From: Ophelia neglecta
Lineage: Eukaryota
Direction: 5' to 3'
DNA length: 64,000 nucleotides
Assembly: GCA_965285935.1 (NCBI GenBank)
Contig: OZ260661.1
Coordinates: forward strand, 9,734,001 to 9,798,000
Shown: piece by piece, positions 39,066-50,790 of the stretch
Position numbering within the stretch: position 1 is the stretch's first letter
Layout: each line of letters opens with the position of its first letter
Notes under the pieces: model-generated
Database searches by the model: none
The model's input: the letters and a program-made list of their open reading frames with translations, nothing else
Told to the model about the DNA's origin: nothing
Position numbers and translations under genes: made by a program

Positions 39066-40224
39066 CTGGTTAAAAATAATAATTTAGGAGACAATTAAGC
39101 GAGGAAACATTAAAACTGGAATGTACAAATCATTATGTGGGCTTGCCTTTTTGGATAGGAAGTCTTCTAAAATCCAAAGCCTCAAAAAAAATGTCTCTTT
39201 CCTATGTATACTTTGACCAACCCTAAAAATGTTATTCTGCTTGTACAAAGAATCATAAAAGCCATAAACAGATAAATACATAAAAATCTAATATTAGTAA
39301 CATAAGAGTGAAAATGGTAGAGCAAAGCTCTTTATGTAAAATATAAAGTTCTCTTTATATAAATATAAGTTGTCAACTTGGTCATGCCTCCCCTACCCCC
39401 ACTCCCCACCCTTCATACCGGTTCCCACTCAAAATGTCAATGATTTGTCACAGGCACTCGAGACCATAGTCTGTATGTACAGATGTACCAGAACATGTAA
39501 TAGTACTAGTGCCTCCGGTCTTCCTTGACCGCAGCGCCGTCTGACGATGACGTCATAATAGAAACCCATTGCCGTTTGCTATTTTTGAGATATTCTAGTT
39601 ACCAAGTAACGATGACGTGGTGCTGCACACGATAGTAAATACTAGAGGATTAGGAGACGGCCCCCGTGCGGGGGGCGTGCGAGATGACCTAGTTGTGACG
39701 TCATACGCACCTCGCTCCAACGACTTTGACATAAACAGGATTAGGGCATCGTGCCGCATACGAGTTGGCTTCAATGGTAAGTGTGGTAGTTTTCACCAAA
39801 TTTCCTTTATAAATACCAAATATGATTATTGTAAATACGTCTCGTTTTAACCAGAATGTCTTCGGACATAAATCCAGCCATAGTCGGACCATTTGTCAGC
39901 GTATTTTGCCGCATAAACTGGACTGTAGCCGTGCAGTATACCTGGCTTGTTTATAAACACGATCTGACAGCTGTGTATCACATCTACTGTTTTCCTTCGG
40001 TGGATTTAGAATACATGCATTGACTAAATGTCTAGAGGCATCTAGTTTCGAGCCTGGGCCACTGTTTAATGACAAAATTATATTTTTTCCCATTCGCGGC
40101 CATTATACCTGTTACCTGGGGTAGGGTGGGGGTGAACCCAGATAAAATTGCCGTGGTTGGGAACAAATAGTCCAATGCCAGGGTAGGTATGCTCTGCTCT
40201 CAATGATATTTGTTTCACGGTTTT

Positions 40225-40460
40225 TTTCCCTATCAAATGGGATTTCTTGTTTATTGTTATTCTGTCAAATGGGTCCCTTTTTTTACAATTATACCTATCA
40301 AATTGGTCATCACATTTGTTTGTCAATCAAAAGGGTCTTATTTTCACAAGTTGCATCACAAATGGTAGCTTTTTGATGATTTCTTCTATCAAAAGGATCC
40401 ATTTTTAGACAAATTTCTAGCTAAAGGGTATCTTTTTGAAAATTTCTATCGAATGGGTAA
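40225..40460. repeat. Degenerate ~33-bp tandem repeat
   Basis: Recurring ctatcaaa(t/a)ggg..c.ttttt motif, flanked by G-rich (~40117) and C-rich (~40545) ends; possibly an old non-autonomous DNA element. Confidence 0.5.
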
Positions 40461-40585
40461 TTTATTTGAGCACTTTCCCTCATATTTACCCCATTTTCAA
40501 AGCTAAGGGGAGCACCTGCACCCTAAAATGTAGGAAGTACGCCGCCACCCCAAGACCTGCTAGCCTAAATAGCTAGAACTTGGAG

Positions 40586-40955
40586 CAATCCTGCAAAAGG
40601 TGGAAATAATAAAATGATGAAATAGCATTTTTCTTGTAAACCAGAGGCCACATATATGTGTTTGTATTTGTATCTATATTTTTTGGCACTGACACTTCCT
40701 TCTCAGGTTGTGCTTTCCAAATATAAATGTAAAGCTAATCTGGTTCAAACAAAAATCATTTCAAGCAATACAATCCTGCAAAAGGTGGAAATAATAAAAT
40801 GATGAAGTAGCATTTTTCTTGTAAACCAGACGCCACATATATGTGTTTGTATTTGTATCTATATTTTTTGGCACTGACACTTCCTTCTCAGGTTGTGCTT
40901 TCCAAATATAAATGTAAAGCTAATCTGGTTCAAACAAAAAACATTTCAAGCAATA
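40586..40955. repeat. Near-perfect 185-bp tandem duplication
   Basis: caatcctgcaaaaggtggaaataa...catttcaagcaata starts at 40586 and again at 40771 with few differences. Confidence 0.92.
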
Positions 40956-41160
40956 AATAGAGTATCTTTATTACAAAGGCAATATGACAGTAGGAATATC
41001 ATTTTCCCATATGTACATATATTTCATTTCATGCCAGTCTCATAATGCTGTACGTTTTTATTTCTTCAGGTAAATTTTTCTACAAATATAATATATCATT
41101 AAATGCAGTATCTTCTTTGAAAATTCTTATCCTAATATTACACAATGTTTACTTTTTCTT

Positions 41161-44100
41161 TTAGTTTTCAGGATGCCTCAAGGTGTGGTATCTTGCAAAG
41201 CATGGGGTCTTGCAAAGCGGCATATGGCACACACTGCACTCAGTGGTTATTCTGGTTCCCCTGTATTGGCCAGCAGCTCTGTTCCGAGAACCACATACTC
41301 CACACTGGCGTGATACCAGGTTATGATTGAGGGGTACAATTCGAGCTGGAACTGGTAAAGCAATTGGACGACCAACCCTCACCCTTTCAGCCCTATACTC
41401 CCCGATAAGACTCTGGCAGATGGCCTGATGGAATTTCAGCCTTGGCATTGGCCTCTCCCCTGCTCTGTCACAAACTTTCTGATAGACTATCTATGCATTG
41501 ACTGGAAATAAAAATAAATGAATCAATTGAATCCTGTTTTACAACTATAACAATAACTTGATATAGGGTGTTATTCTGGGGAAGGGGACACGAGCCCAGC
41601 ATAATGCCTGTGAAAATCCATTGATCACCATTATTTTGAGCTTCAAATTGAACAACATAATAAACAGGTTTATGTGGTTATAAAGATGTATGGTGTTTTT
41701 TTTTAACTGATTTAAGTCTGTTAAGAATTATACACAGACTTGATTTGTTCAGAGTTCAGAATCAGAATTAGTTAATTTTGACCAAAAACAGGAAACAATA
41801 ATAATTAATTGCAAAATATTATGAAACACAAATTGTATGCCATGACATACAAATCAAATATATCTCTGATATCAAATAAAAAATGGTCCTTACTAAGAAC
41901 TAAATTACTAAATTATTATAACATACCAGCAGCAGTGAGAAAAAGGCTGATTGTCACTTTTTTCCACATCTTGACTGACCTAAGATCTGGGTCATAGGTC
42001 AGTATCTTTTGATCAGCCAGATCCACTCCTCCCATGCAAGCATTGTAGTCAGCTACTACCGATGGAACCTCTTTGATTTCTCCTGAAGCATTTTGGTATT
42101 GAATAACCCTGTAACAAATTGTACCTCTGTAAAATAATGGTATGAAAGTCTTTTTTACACACATGAATCTTTAGCAAGTATAGTGTAAAATAATTCCTGT
42201 ATAATATTCAATTTCAACTATTATTAGATCAACAAAAAATGTGCAATTTTTTTTTCAATTAAAAGTACCTGCAATGTTCTGTTCTTGACAAGTAATTGGA
42301 AGCTCAGGGCCAGTAGTAGTTGATAAAAGTAGTTGAAATAGTAGATTAATAGTAAGTTGCCTGTCCTGAGGAGAAATGAATTACATGGGATATTTGAACT
42401 TTAATTTGTTTTAGTATACGTTTCTATTGTCACAAGTCAAGATTCTTTTGGGGAAGGTGGAAGGCAAATGTCTACTACAACATTATCAATAATGTTCTAG
42501 AAGATTATTGATAATGTTCAGCAGACGGTTGTCTAGACACTGTCTGGCTTGACCGTCTGGCACAATCTGTGACTGCATGACTGCATACCTGTGAATATGT
42601 ATAGCACAGGTCCCGATGGTGCTGTGCTACACAGTATATGGTTTTTCACCTGGTCTGACAGTTCTGCCTATTAGAAAGAGACAATCATTGCCAATAAATA
42701 GTAAGATATTATAGTCATATAATACAAATATTTATTTTTTTCTTGATATTAGCTTTTTCTTTAGTTTTATTTGGTATTGCCAGGTGCCTCAAGTTGGTTA
42801 GATCAACCGGGGGCTTCTCCTCAAATCTACTAGTACTAGCTTCTTGCTTCATAGGATCCTTCAAAACACAAAGTTACAATATCTGATTACTGTGTACTTA
42901 GTATTATTTCATAAAAAAATCGCCTAAAAACAGGACATATTTCTATCAATATTGTCCAACTGGTAAAATTGCTCAAGTTATTTACATCCTAGCCTTGAAA
43001 TATTACGATTATTCTGCCCTTGAAAGTATATTTATCATAATAATTGGCAAAATGCAAAGGGGAAAGAAGTGCTTATGTATCAAACTTACTATGGCTGTGT
43101 CACCTTTCAATTCCTTGCACATGTCAGACAGAAAATCGTCTGTAATGTTGAAGTTTGGTATATCCACATTGCACAATTCCTCCACCGGGATTTGACTTAA
43201 TTCTAATGAAGTCTCTTCGTCAAACAAATTGTTTTCTATGTTGCTACAAAATTGGCTAAACACTAAATCTGAGAGATCAGTATCCTCCATATTGCTGTCA
43301 TAAATTTCAACTGTATAGCCTATGGATATTGGGCCATGAGGCAAACCAAGTGAGGGCTAGCTAACCTAGGACATGCAGGTAAATCTATCAGGTGATTTGT
43401 GTTAATTAAATTCATGGCCAGGGCCCCGCCTGTTTGAAGCAGGACCATATCAAGCATACCTAGCCTTACTTGTGGACACAGGTTCACTGCTTAATTAATT
43501 TTGTAAATCAAATCACTAGGCCTGTATATCAGTCCATTTATTGCCAGACGAGTGTCCAGTGAATGACCAACTAGGGGCGGAGCAGATAGTGTCTGCAGCA
43601 CAGTCTAGGATTTTGGTCACATTGGCCAACTGTCTGGTTTATAATTATTCCAACAAAATCTATTTAAACGTTTATACTAAGTGAGAGCTGCGCCGTGTCG
43701 CACTTTATTACGAATAACCCTGGAGCCTCGAACACTATCTCTCACTTAAATTATTATAAAAGCGAATTCGGCATGTTAGAATTTGTCACAACCATTAAAA
43801 ACAAAGTGTGGCTACTATGAGGACAAGTGAAATGGTGAAACCAGTCTCGTACAGACAAATGCTACATTTCTTTAGTTGTAGATGCATGTCAAGTTAATTA
43901 ATTCCCAAAAAAAACAGAAGTGTGTATATTACCCTGGAGACCCATTTGTTGTCAGGAAGGTCACAACCCTCCTGTCATGGTACTTGATCGCAAGTAGAGC
44001 TTCCTGTGATCGTACAATGGTCTGTCCTCTTTCAGGCTGGTTGTGGCGAAAACTCAAGGGCATGCCCCTCCTGTTACATACAACTGTCCCTGTAAAGTGG

Positions 44101-45993
44101 GTCCCATTGTCAAACATGTGATGAGCCAAAGCAGGGTTTGTGAAAAATGAGCCAGTGTATGTCCCTTATTGTAGTGGGGCTGACACAGACTGTCCACTAC
44201 GGACATTCTATTGATGTGATATGCATATATTTAACTAATTGCTTTTTGCAGAATCTCATAGCTAGAAAATATTTGCAACAGAAGTTTGAAATAAATAGGA
44301 ACTATATTGTATCTTGTTGAACATACTTGTACTCTCGTGCAAATGACTGGTTGAAATGGTCAATGAGCGGTAGAACTTTGGCCATAGGGTCATACCCTTG
44401 GTGGTTTCTCGGTCGGGCAGCATCATTATCACTGGCCTGCAGAAAGCGAAGCAACAGCTGGAACCTATCTCTCTGCATAATTGAACTGTACGATGTTGTG
44501 TTTGTGAGCCATGAATCCTCAGATGTATTCCAGTAGCTCTCTATGCTGTGTTTTTTTTTACTAACCCCATACCAAAGAGCATACCAAAGAAGGCTCTCAT
44601 CTCCTGGCTGTCTGTATCTGTCCACTTCCGGGCCCGGGAGTTGGGTGGAAGAGTGTCAAAGGGGTGAGCAGCCAAGTACTGATGGGCATACCTAAAGAAA
44701 AAAAATATTAGCATAAAGAATTGTCACAGAATTGTGTAAAACATTTTCTTTTTATAATAGGCAATTAATATGAAGTATTCACTGACGGATCATAGAAGTG
44801 GAACTGTGAAGGAGGTTTGGGGTGCAGGTGATTGACAGATACTATACCCACCCACCCACGGCCATCACTATTCCTGAGTGAATTGATATGAATATTGTGA
44901 AAATAAGCAATCATTATATTTTACTTAATAATAAGCAGATAAAGAACATGCCCATTTTTGTGTTGACTGATTCATCACAACTTTGCCAGTAAGAAATAAT
45001 CAGCTGGTCCTATTTTATTTGATAAAATTGACCTATATTATAATATTTTTTGCTGAATGGAGACATAGTTAACAATAGCTGCCATCGGAGGACAGCGGTT
45101 CCTAAGATCAAGGCCTATTTAATTGATTCTATAGGTCTCGCCTATAGATGGATTAAATTTTATTAAATACAACTGAAATATCTACCTGTTCGTTTGTTCA
45201 GCGAGATGCTGAAAAACGTTGTTCCCCACGCTATCGTTACAAAACAAAGACATATAAGTTATGGGGATGGCGTCCACCGCTGGAGATGAAGTTGGGCCGA
45301 CTCTTCCCCCCTGGACACCACCGCTCGAGCAACCCAGTCTTCTGGCCTCACCATCAACGGCATCCAAGGCCCGTACCGTCCCCGCACCCGTTGGAGAGGG
45401 ACATCCAGCCGAGCAGGCTGCTGGTTTAAGTTCTGGTGGCTCTGAGGGCCAGGTGGCTGAGAAGGGGGTCGCAGTTCTTCGCCAGAGATGCTACCATCAC
45501 TGCTATACACGGCATCTGTCAAGTCTGACTCGCTGTCTTGGTCGGACATCTTGGCTGCTGATAGTTTGTTTGTACACAGACGACATGTGCACTTGCAATA
45601 AGCATATCTGGTCAATCTGAGTTCATGACCGCAGAATGGACCAAACGCAGGAGAGAATTATGTTACCTTAATGAAATAAAGTTGAGCGTATTTACGATGA
45701 AGGCACAAAACAGTTATGATATTCATATTTCAATTTTATCACTACACGGTATTGGAACTTTCCTAGTTAGGAATCAAAAAAACTATAGCATGCCATTACA
45801 TAATCACATGACCACAGGGAAAACAAACCGGGAAAAATGAAAGTACAAACTTTTGTAGCCAATTTTACAAGTGCGCGTTGACGTCAGAGCTAAGTTTGAT
45901 GTCATTACGTCATATATTCAAAAATAATTTCGTAATCACGTAATTATCAAATAACGGCCTGGCGACATAAATGTCGCTAGCGCAGCAACAGGG
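41161..45993 (-). mobile_element. Decayed piggyBac transposon with a spliced transposase gene; one terminus retained
   Basis: Exons ~45549-45186, 44691-44327, ~44205-43933, 42108-41927, 41501-41161. Motifs AEQTNRYA, EMRAFFG..MG, YW, MQRDRFQLLLRFL, GTV..NRRGMP, YNACMGGVDLADQ and C-terminal CxxC...CSVC..PLC..CF..YH. Terminus ...CAACAGGG-TTAA at 45993-45997. Confidence 0.88.
43091..43290 (-). pseudogene. Acidic orphan first-exon-like ORF inside a piggyBac intron
   Basis: MEDTDLSDLVFSQFCSNIENNLFDEETSLELSQIPVEEL...KGDTAI followed by a GTAAGT donor; likely the N-terminus of another nested element's gene. Confidence 0.35.
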
Positions 45994-46843
45994 TTAATTA
46001 ATATTAAACGGTTAAAATGTTGCGAAATGGTATTAGAACAAGTCTGAATGCCTTATCCCTGATCACTACACACAACTTGTTGCACTAGGTCTAGATCTAA
46101 TGTAACATGCCTACGTCGGTGTACATGTATCGGACAGATATACAATGTAGATATATTCTCATGGCATTAGATTTTAATGTCACATTGTCCTACTGGAAAT
46201 TATATATAGGCATAGCAAAATTAATGGTTTTTTATAAAGGCTTTTTTAATATTGAATGTATGCTTATTGTTAAAATACCTTCAAATGAACCTGGCCTTCC
46301 ATTGATTATATCTCACAATATTTATGAATAAGTAGGGTTTTGGTGTTATTCTTAGTTTAAGATCAAAAATCATTTTCGCTGCTTTTGTCATGGTTGCCCA
46401 ATTAACCAGCAAATAAGAGTAATAACAATCAGCAGGTAACACTAGGATTTATCATGTTTATTGGGTACCATTTTTGCTCAGCTATTATAAAATAGAATCA
46501 AGTTATGGTTATTCAGCATTACTGTCATATATACATGATATATGTTAAACATGTACTAGTAATTCTATAGAAAGAAAGTGGAGCTGAATGATACATTACA
46601 ATGACCAAGATCTGTTCATGCTGCCTTCAATATATTCAATATATTCATTACCAGTATATATAATGTAACTTATCCAATCAATTATTAAACCACATTAACA
46701 ATTGCTACAACACATCAGTTATTATCACCTGCATCCGGGGGTTTCTATGAGAAAATATGAAGGGGCACTTCTATTATATTGTAAAAGCAAGTAAGAACAA
46801 ATGGGGCAGTTTAGTTATTCCCGGGTTAGATCAATATGTTATG

Positions 46844-47576
46844 TTATTATACATCATTGAAAAATCCCGCCCTGTGATTGGCTGAATGGTGTTGGTTAGA
46901 ATCGCCTAGTGTCCCAGCCGTACGCTAGTTTCACGAACTAGTCCCGGGGACTAGTTCGTAAAACTAGCGCATGGCTAGCAGTGGCGGCCTCGTGTGGCTA
47001 ATTTATGCACTTCACTAACGAAACCACCATTTTTATTGTCGTATTAGTATTTTCCAAACAAACTACAGTCAATTGTTTCAGGTTTATAAAAAGTAAGATA
47101 ATAAATAAGAATATACATTATTCAAATATATTTGCACGTTTAAAATTGGACTATGTTGCCGAAAACGCGGGTTCAATAAATACGAAACCATGCGCATAGC
47201 TCTACTTCGAACGTAAAACAAACGCGGCGGGATCCCGGAACATCAATAACAGCTGAATAATCTGATAATGGCAAGGTTTGCAGCATGGTGTACATTTTTA
47301 TTGCAGTAATGGAACAATAGGTAAAACAATCTATAGATCTATCTAGAGCATAGAACCAATAGAGATGTTAAATGTGCAAAGATTTTTCAATGATGTATAA
47401 TAAAACAACTATGAAACTTGCCCCTCGGGGACTAGTCCAAACAATTTGCCCCTCGTGAGGTGACCAGTGAACTATTTCCCTCGACCTTCGGTCTCGGGAA
47501 ATAGTTCACTGGTCACCTCCCTCGGGGCAAATAGTTTGGACTAGTCCCCTCGGAGAAGTTTCTTAGTTGTATAATA
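46844..47576. mobile_element. Non-autonomous element with asymmetric inverted repeats and a long terminal hairpin (Crypton- or Helentron-like architecture)
   Basis: 23-bp IR ttattatacatcattgaaaaatc (46844-46866) / gatttttcaatgatgtataataa (47381-47403); internal palindrome ~46917-46975; ~82-bp-arm hairpin 47405-47570; no ORF. Confidence 0.7.
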
Positions 47577-48131
47577 AACCACTTATAACAGAGTACTAGT
47601 ACATGGCTTATACCCTCATGCAGTGTCCACGAAAGACTAGTAACTAGTTACAATACTTTACCATCTAAAATATCATATAAACAGATCTATTGATCTAGTA
47701 ACCATGCAACATGGATTAAGAATATGTCTTAATCATGTCTGGATTAAGAATATTATAATACTGCTAGTCAAAGTGGATGTCGACAAGATCTATTGTTGGA
47801 ATTATTCTGCCTGTAAGTCCAACAAATAAGGGAGCATTCATTATTTAGACTAGGGACGGGGGATCTCGGAAAATTGTCTTTAAAAATCCTCTCCCCTACA
47901 GAGTTAAGTATCTTATGATTTACTGGGCAGCGGGAAAAATTTGAAGATGGGACCGGGGCATGAAGGGGCAAAATATTTAGAGCTTTCAAAACAATGTGAC
48001 TTGCGTAATTGATACCCACCACCTGATTTTTTTTTGGAAAACTTGTACACCCAAACTGAGGCTAAACTGAACACTCCTTAATTAAATTCATGCAAAAGTC
48101 AATTAACAGCTTCAAAAAATAAATCTAATTG

Positions 48132-48560
48132 GGCATACTGGAAAACCTGATACGAAATACGAAGGAAATACGAGATACACAGATACGAAAAAGTAACGCC
48201 AGTATATTATAATGATTGGTCCATAACGTGGTAGCGCCTTAGGCGTCCCACACTACTTATGTCGTCCTTTCCGGCGCATCCATGTCTCACTCGATTTCCG
48301 TGTTATTGGGTACATAAAAATATACTTCACTTCCGGCTATATCAATGTGAGTCTTGGTGTTGTGATTCCTACTCTAATTTGCGTAAGATAGAGTTGGGTT
48401 ATGACAGGGTTAGGGGTAGGGTTAAGCTAGCAACCTAACTAAATCATAACTTACTTAACCCTTCACCCTAACCCTAACCTAGTCCATATGGCTACGTTTT
48501 ACACACATCTCGTATCTGCGTCTCGTATCTGGTATTTCGTATCAGCTTTTCCAGTATGCC
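48132..48560. mobile_element. Mutator-like MITE, copy 3 (longer variant, no TSD)
   Basis: Same TIRs as copies 1 and 2 plus ~190 bp extra interior (~48194-48384); flanks do not match each other. Confidence 0.85.
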
Positions 48561-48755
48561 GACGCATAAGGTCTAGTTGAGCACGCTGTATTTCGAACTG
48601 CCTGGTCTGTTCCTGGAGTCTAAGTTTCTGGCGTTCCAAATCAATCTGCTGTCTTTTGATTTCTACTTCCTCTTGGTTCAGCTGACTTTCTGAGCTTCTT
48701 GACTCTCTGAGGTGTTGAAACACTTCATCCTCTTTGCGTTTTCTTTTTGCTGCAA
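48561..48755 (-). pseudogene. Coiled-coil ORF fragment truncated by the MITE
   Basis: KRKRKEDEVFQHLRE...EEVEIKRQQIDLERQKLRLQEQ resembles the C-terminal coiled coil of Harbinger-associated Myb/SANT proteins (pattern recognition only). Confidence 0.4.
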
Positions 48756-49309
48756 AATATGTTACCCTCAATAGTGATTATTCAACGAAATGAGACGTTA
48801 GAATTAAAACTCTTCTGTTAAGTGTCTTTATCCTCAGACCAGCCAACTAAATTTGCCTCCATATAGGTCTACTGTAAAATCATTAGATTTTGCTATGAGA
48901 ATTTGCACCAGAATCACTTCTAGTTGTGTGACTTTCATGTTTCATTCAACGAGTTTTCAACCCCCTTGGACCTCCCGGCCTTACCAGCAGCGATGGGTGA
49001 GCTGCCGGCTCCAGCACCCTCGGCGAATAATGAAACGTGAACCGGGAGCTGCCAGTTCCTAGTTCATTATTCGCCGAGAAAATTTTGCCAAGGGTAATAA
49101 TGTTTTCTAGGCGTTTAACCCTCGGGGGATCATTACTAGACGGTCAATTTTGCACGCCTTTTCTCGAATTATCTACCCCCCTCGGACCTCCCGGCCTTAC
49201 CCGCAGCGCTGGGTGAGCTGCCGGCTCCAGCACCCTCGGCGAATAATAAACCGTGAACCGGGAGCTGCCAGTTCTTAGTTCATTATTCGCCGAGAAAATT
49301 TTGCCAAGG

Positions 49310-49506
49310 TTAAATGTTAAATGTTTGGGTTTTAACGTCCCTTACAACACTTGAGAGGTCATATCGGGAAAGATGAGGCGAAGGTCTGATGAATCACTCC
49401 CCCGACACAAGGTTAGGTTGAAAACAGCCCTCTCAAGCTGGGTTCGAACTCAGACCTTGGAGGTCGGAGGTCCAGCACGCTACCACTGAACCACGGAGAC
49501 TCCCAT
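49310..49506 (-). mobile_element. Full-length tRNA-derived SINE inserted in the left arm
   Basis: Minus strand has an A-box TGGTTCAGTGG, B-box GTTCGAACC, 3' gatatgacc...gttg...gggacgttaaaacccaaac and an ACATTTA tail; 13-bp TSD AATTTTGCCAAGG (49297-49309, 49507-49519). Confidence 0.92.
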
Positions 49507-49937
49507 AATTTTGCCAAGGGTAATAATGTTTTCTAGGCGTTAAACCCTCGGGGGATCATTACTAGATGGTCAATTTTGCACGCCTTTTCTCGAATTATCT
49601 ACAGAATTTACCATATAAACCAGATCTTCTCAGGCATTGGTTATATTTACCTTTTTATTGTTAATTTTTGTTAATTTACACAGGTAAATTTCCTTGTGGC
49701 CAAAAAAGCTTCTTATAAACAGTAATTCTGTACAGATGATGAAACCAAAAATAGGTCAAACTATCTGGAAGAGTTAATATACTCAAATAAATCACTAGAC
49801 TAAATATAATTTGAAAGTGGCATGGAAATAGTAGCAGCATAATGTATTTTATGTGTATTATGTGTATGTGTTTGCTGTCCTGAACCGTTTCGGAGCAGCT
49901 TGAAAGCTTTTAAAAGCATATATACAGTGGGTACGGG

Positions 49938-50228
49938 TTGCTGTTGTTGTTTGGGGTGTTTATGTGACTTTCAACACTTATATGGTCAGATTGCCACGGT
50001 GCCTACTTGTGACAGTGAGCCCAATGCTCTCTTTATAGTGCTGCCTCACTGGAGTACCTGCCAGACAGACACCAGACAGGGAACCCCACCCAGTCACATT
50101 ATACTGACACATGGCCTACCAGTTCTGATACTACTTTTGAAATGCCGAGTGCCAGGCAGTGGAGATATCAGTACCCTATTGTTATGTATTGGGTTTTTGA
50201 CCCGCCTGAGATTTGAACCCCTCGACCA
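49938..50228 (-). mobile_element. Second SINE family (Meta-SINE-like), 5' truncated
   Basis: B-box-like GGTTCAAATC on the minus strand near 50210, core cccagtcacattatactgacac...aatgccgagtgccaggca, (CAA)n-like tail; A-box missing. Confidence 0.7.
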
Positions 50229-50790
50229 CGTTTTGGTGGTTGGATACGGGAAAACAAAGGTTACATATTTAAATGCATGCATAATTACTTATACGTATAA
50301 TAAAACATGACATTTGAGAATGATCCATTCATTATGAAATTTATTGCCTTTAAAATTACACCAATTTACAGACATTTAAAATATTAAAAAGCTGTCAGGG
50401 GTGGGAACCTGAAATGAGATAACATTTTAGATAATTATTATGATAAAGACGGTGAAAGAGAGGATTCAAAAATCATTTTTCCTTTGTAAAATATTAAATA
50501 AATTAGATGACAAATTGAACCTTATATTTGGTTCTCCATATCGCATAAACGAGTTTAGTCCTACACAATTATCGATATTACTATCAAGAGGTGTATACAG
50601 CTAAACCTACATGTATATGCACACGAGACTCTCCAGCACTTATCTAACTTTGCGAAATTGAAATTGAAAAGGAGAACTCAAAACTGATCAAGTGATATAT
50701 AAGTTGCCAAAGTAATGAGCTTTGTATCTTGTGTCAGATAGTGATTTAAATGTGGTGTCAAAACTCATTAATATATATCTATAATATTGC

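Noticed and set aside
37600-41160. Second terminus of the piggyBac
   Set aside because: No TTAA-CCCTGTTG found; the only TTAACCC seen belongs to the MITE.
49425-49504. tRNA gene
   Set aside because: It is the head of a SINE: body, tail and a 13-bp TSD are present.
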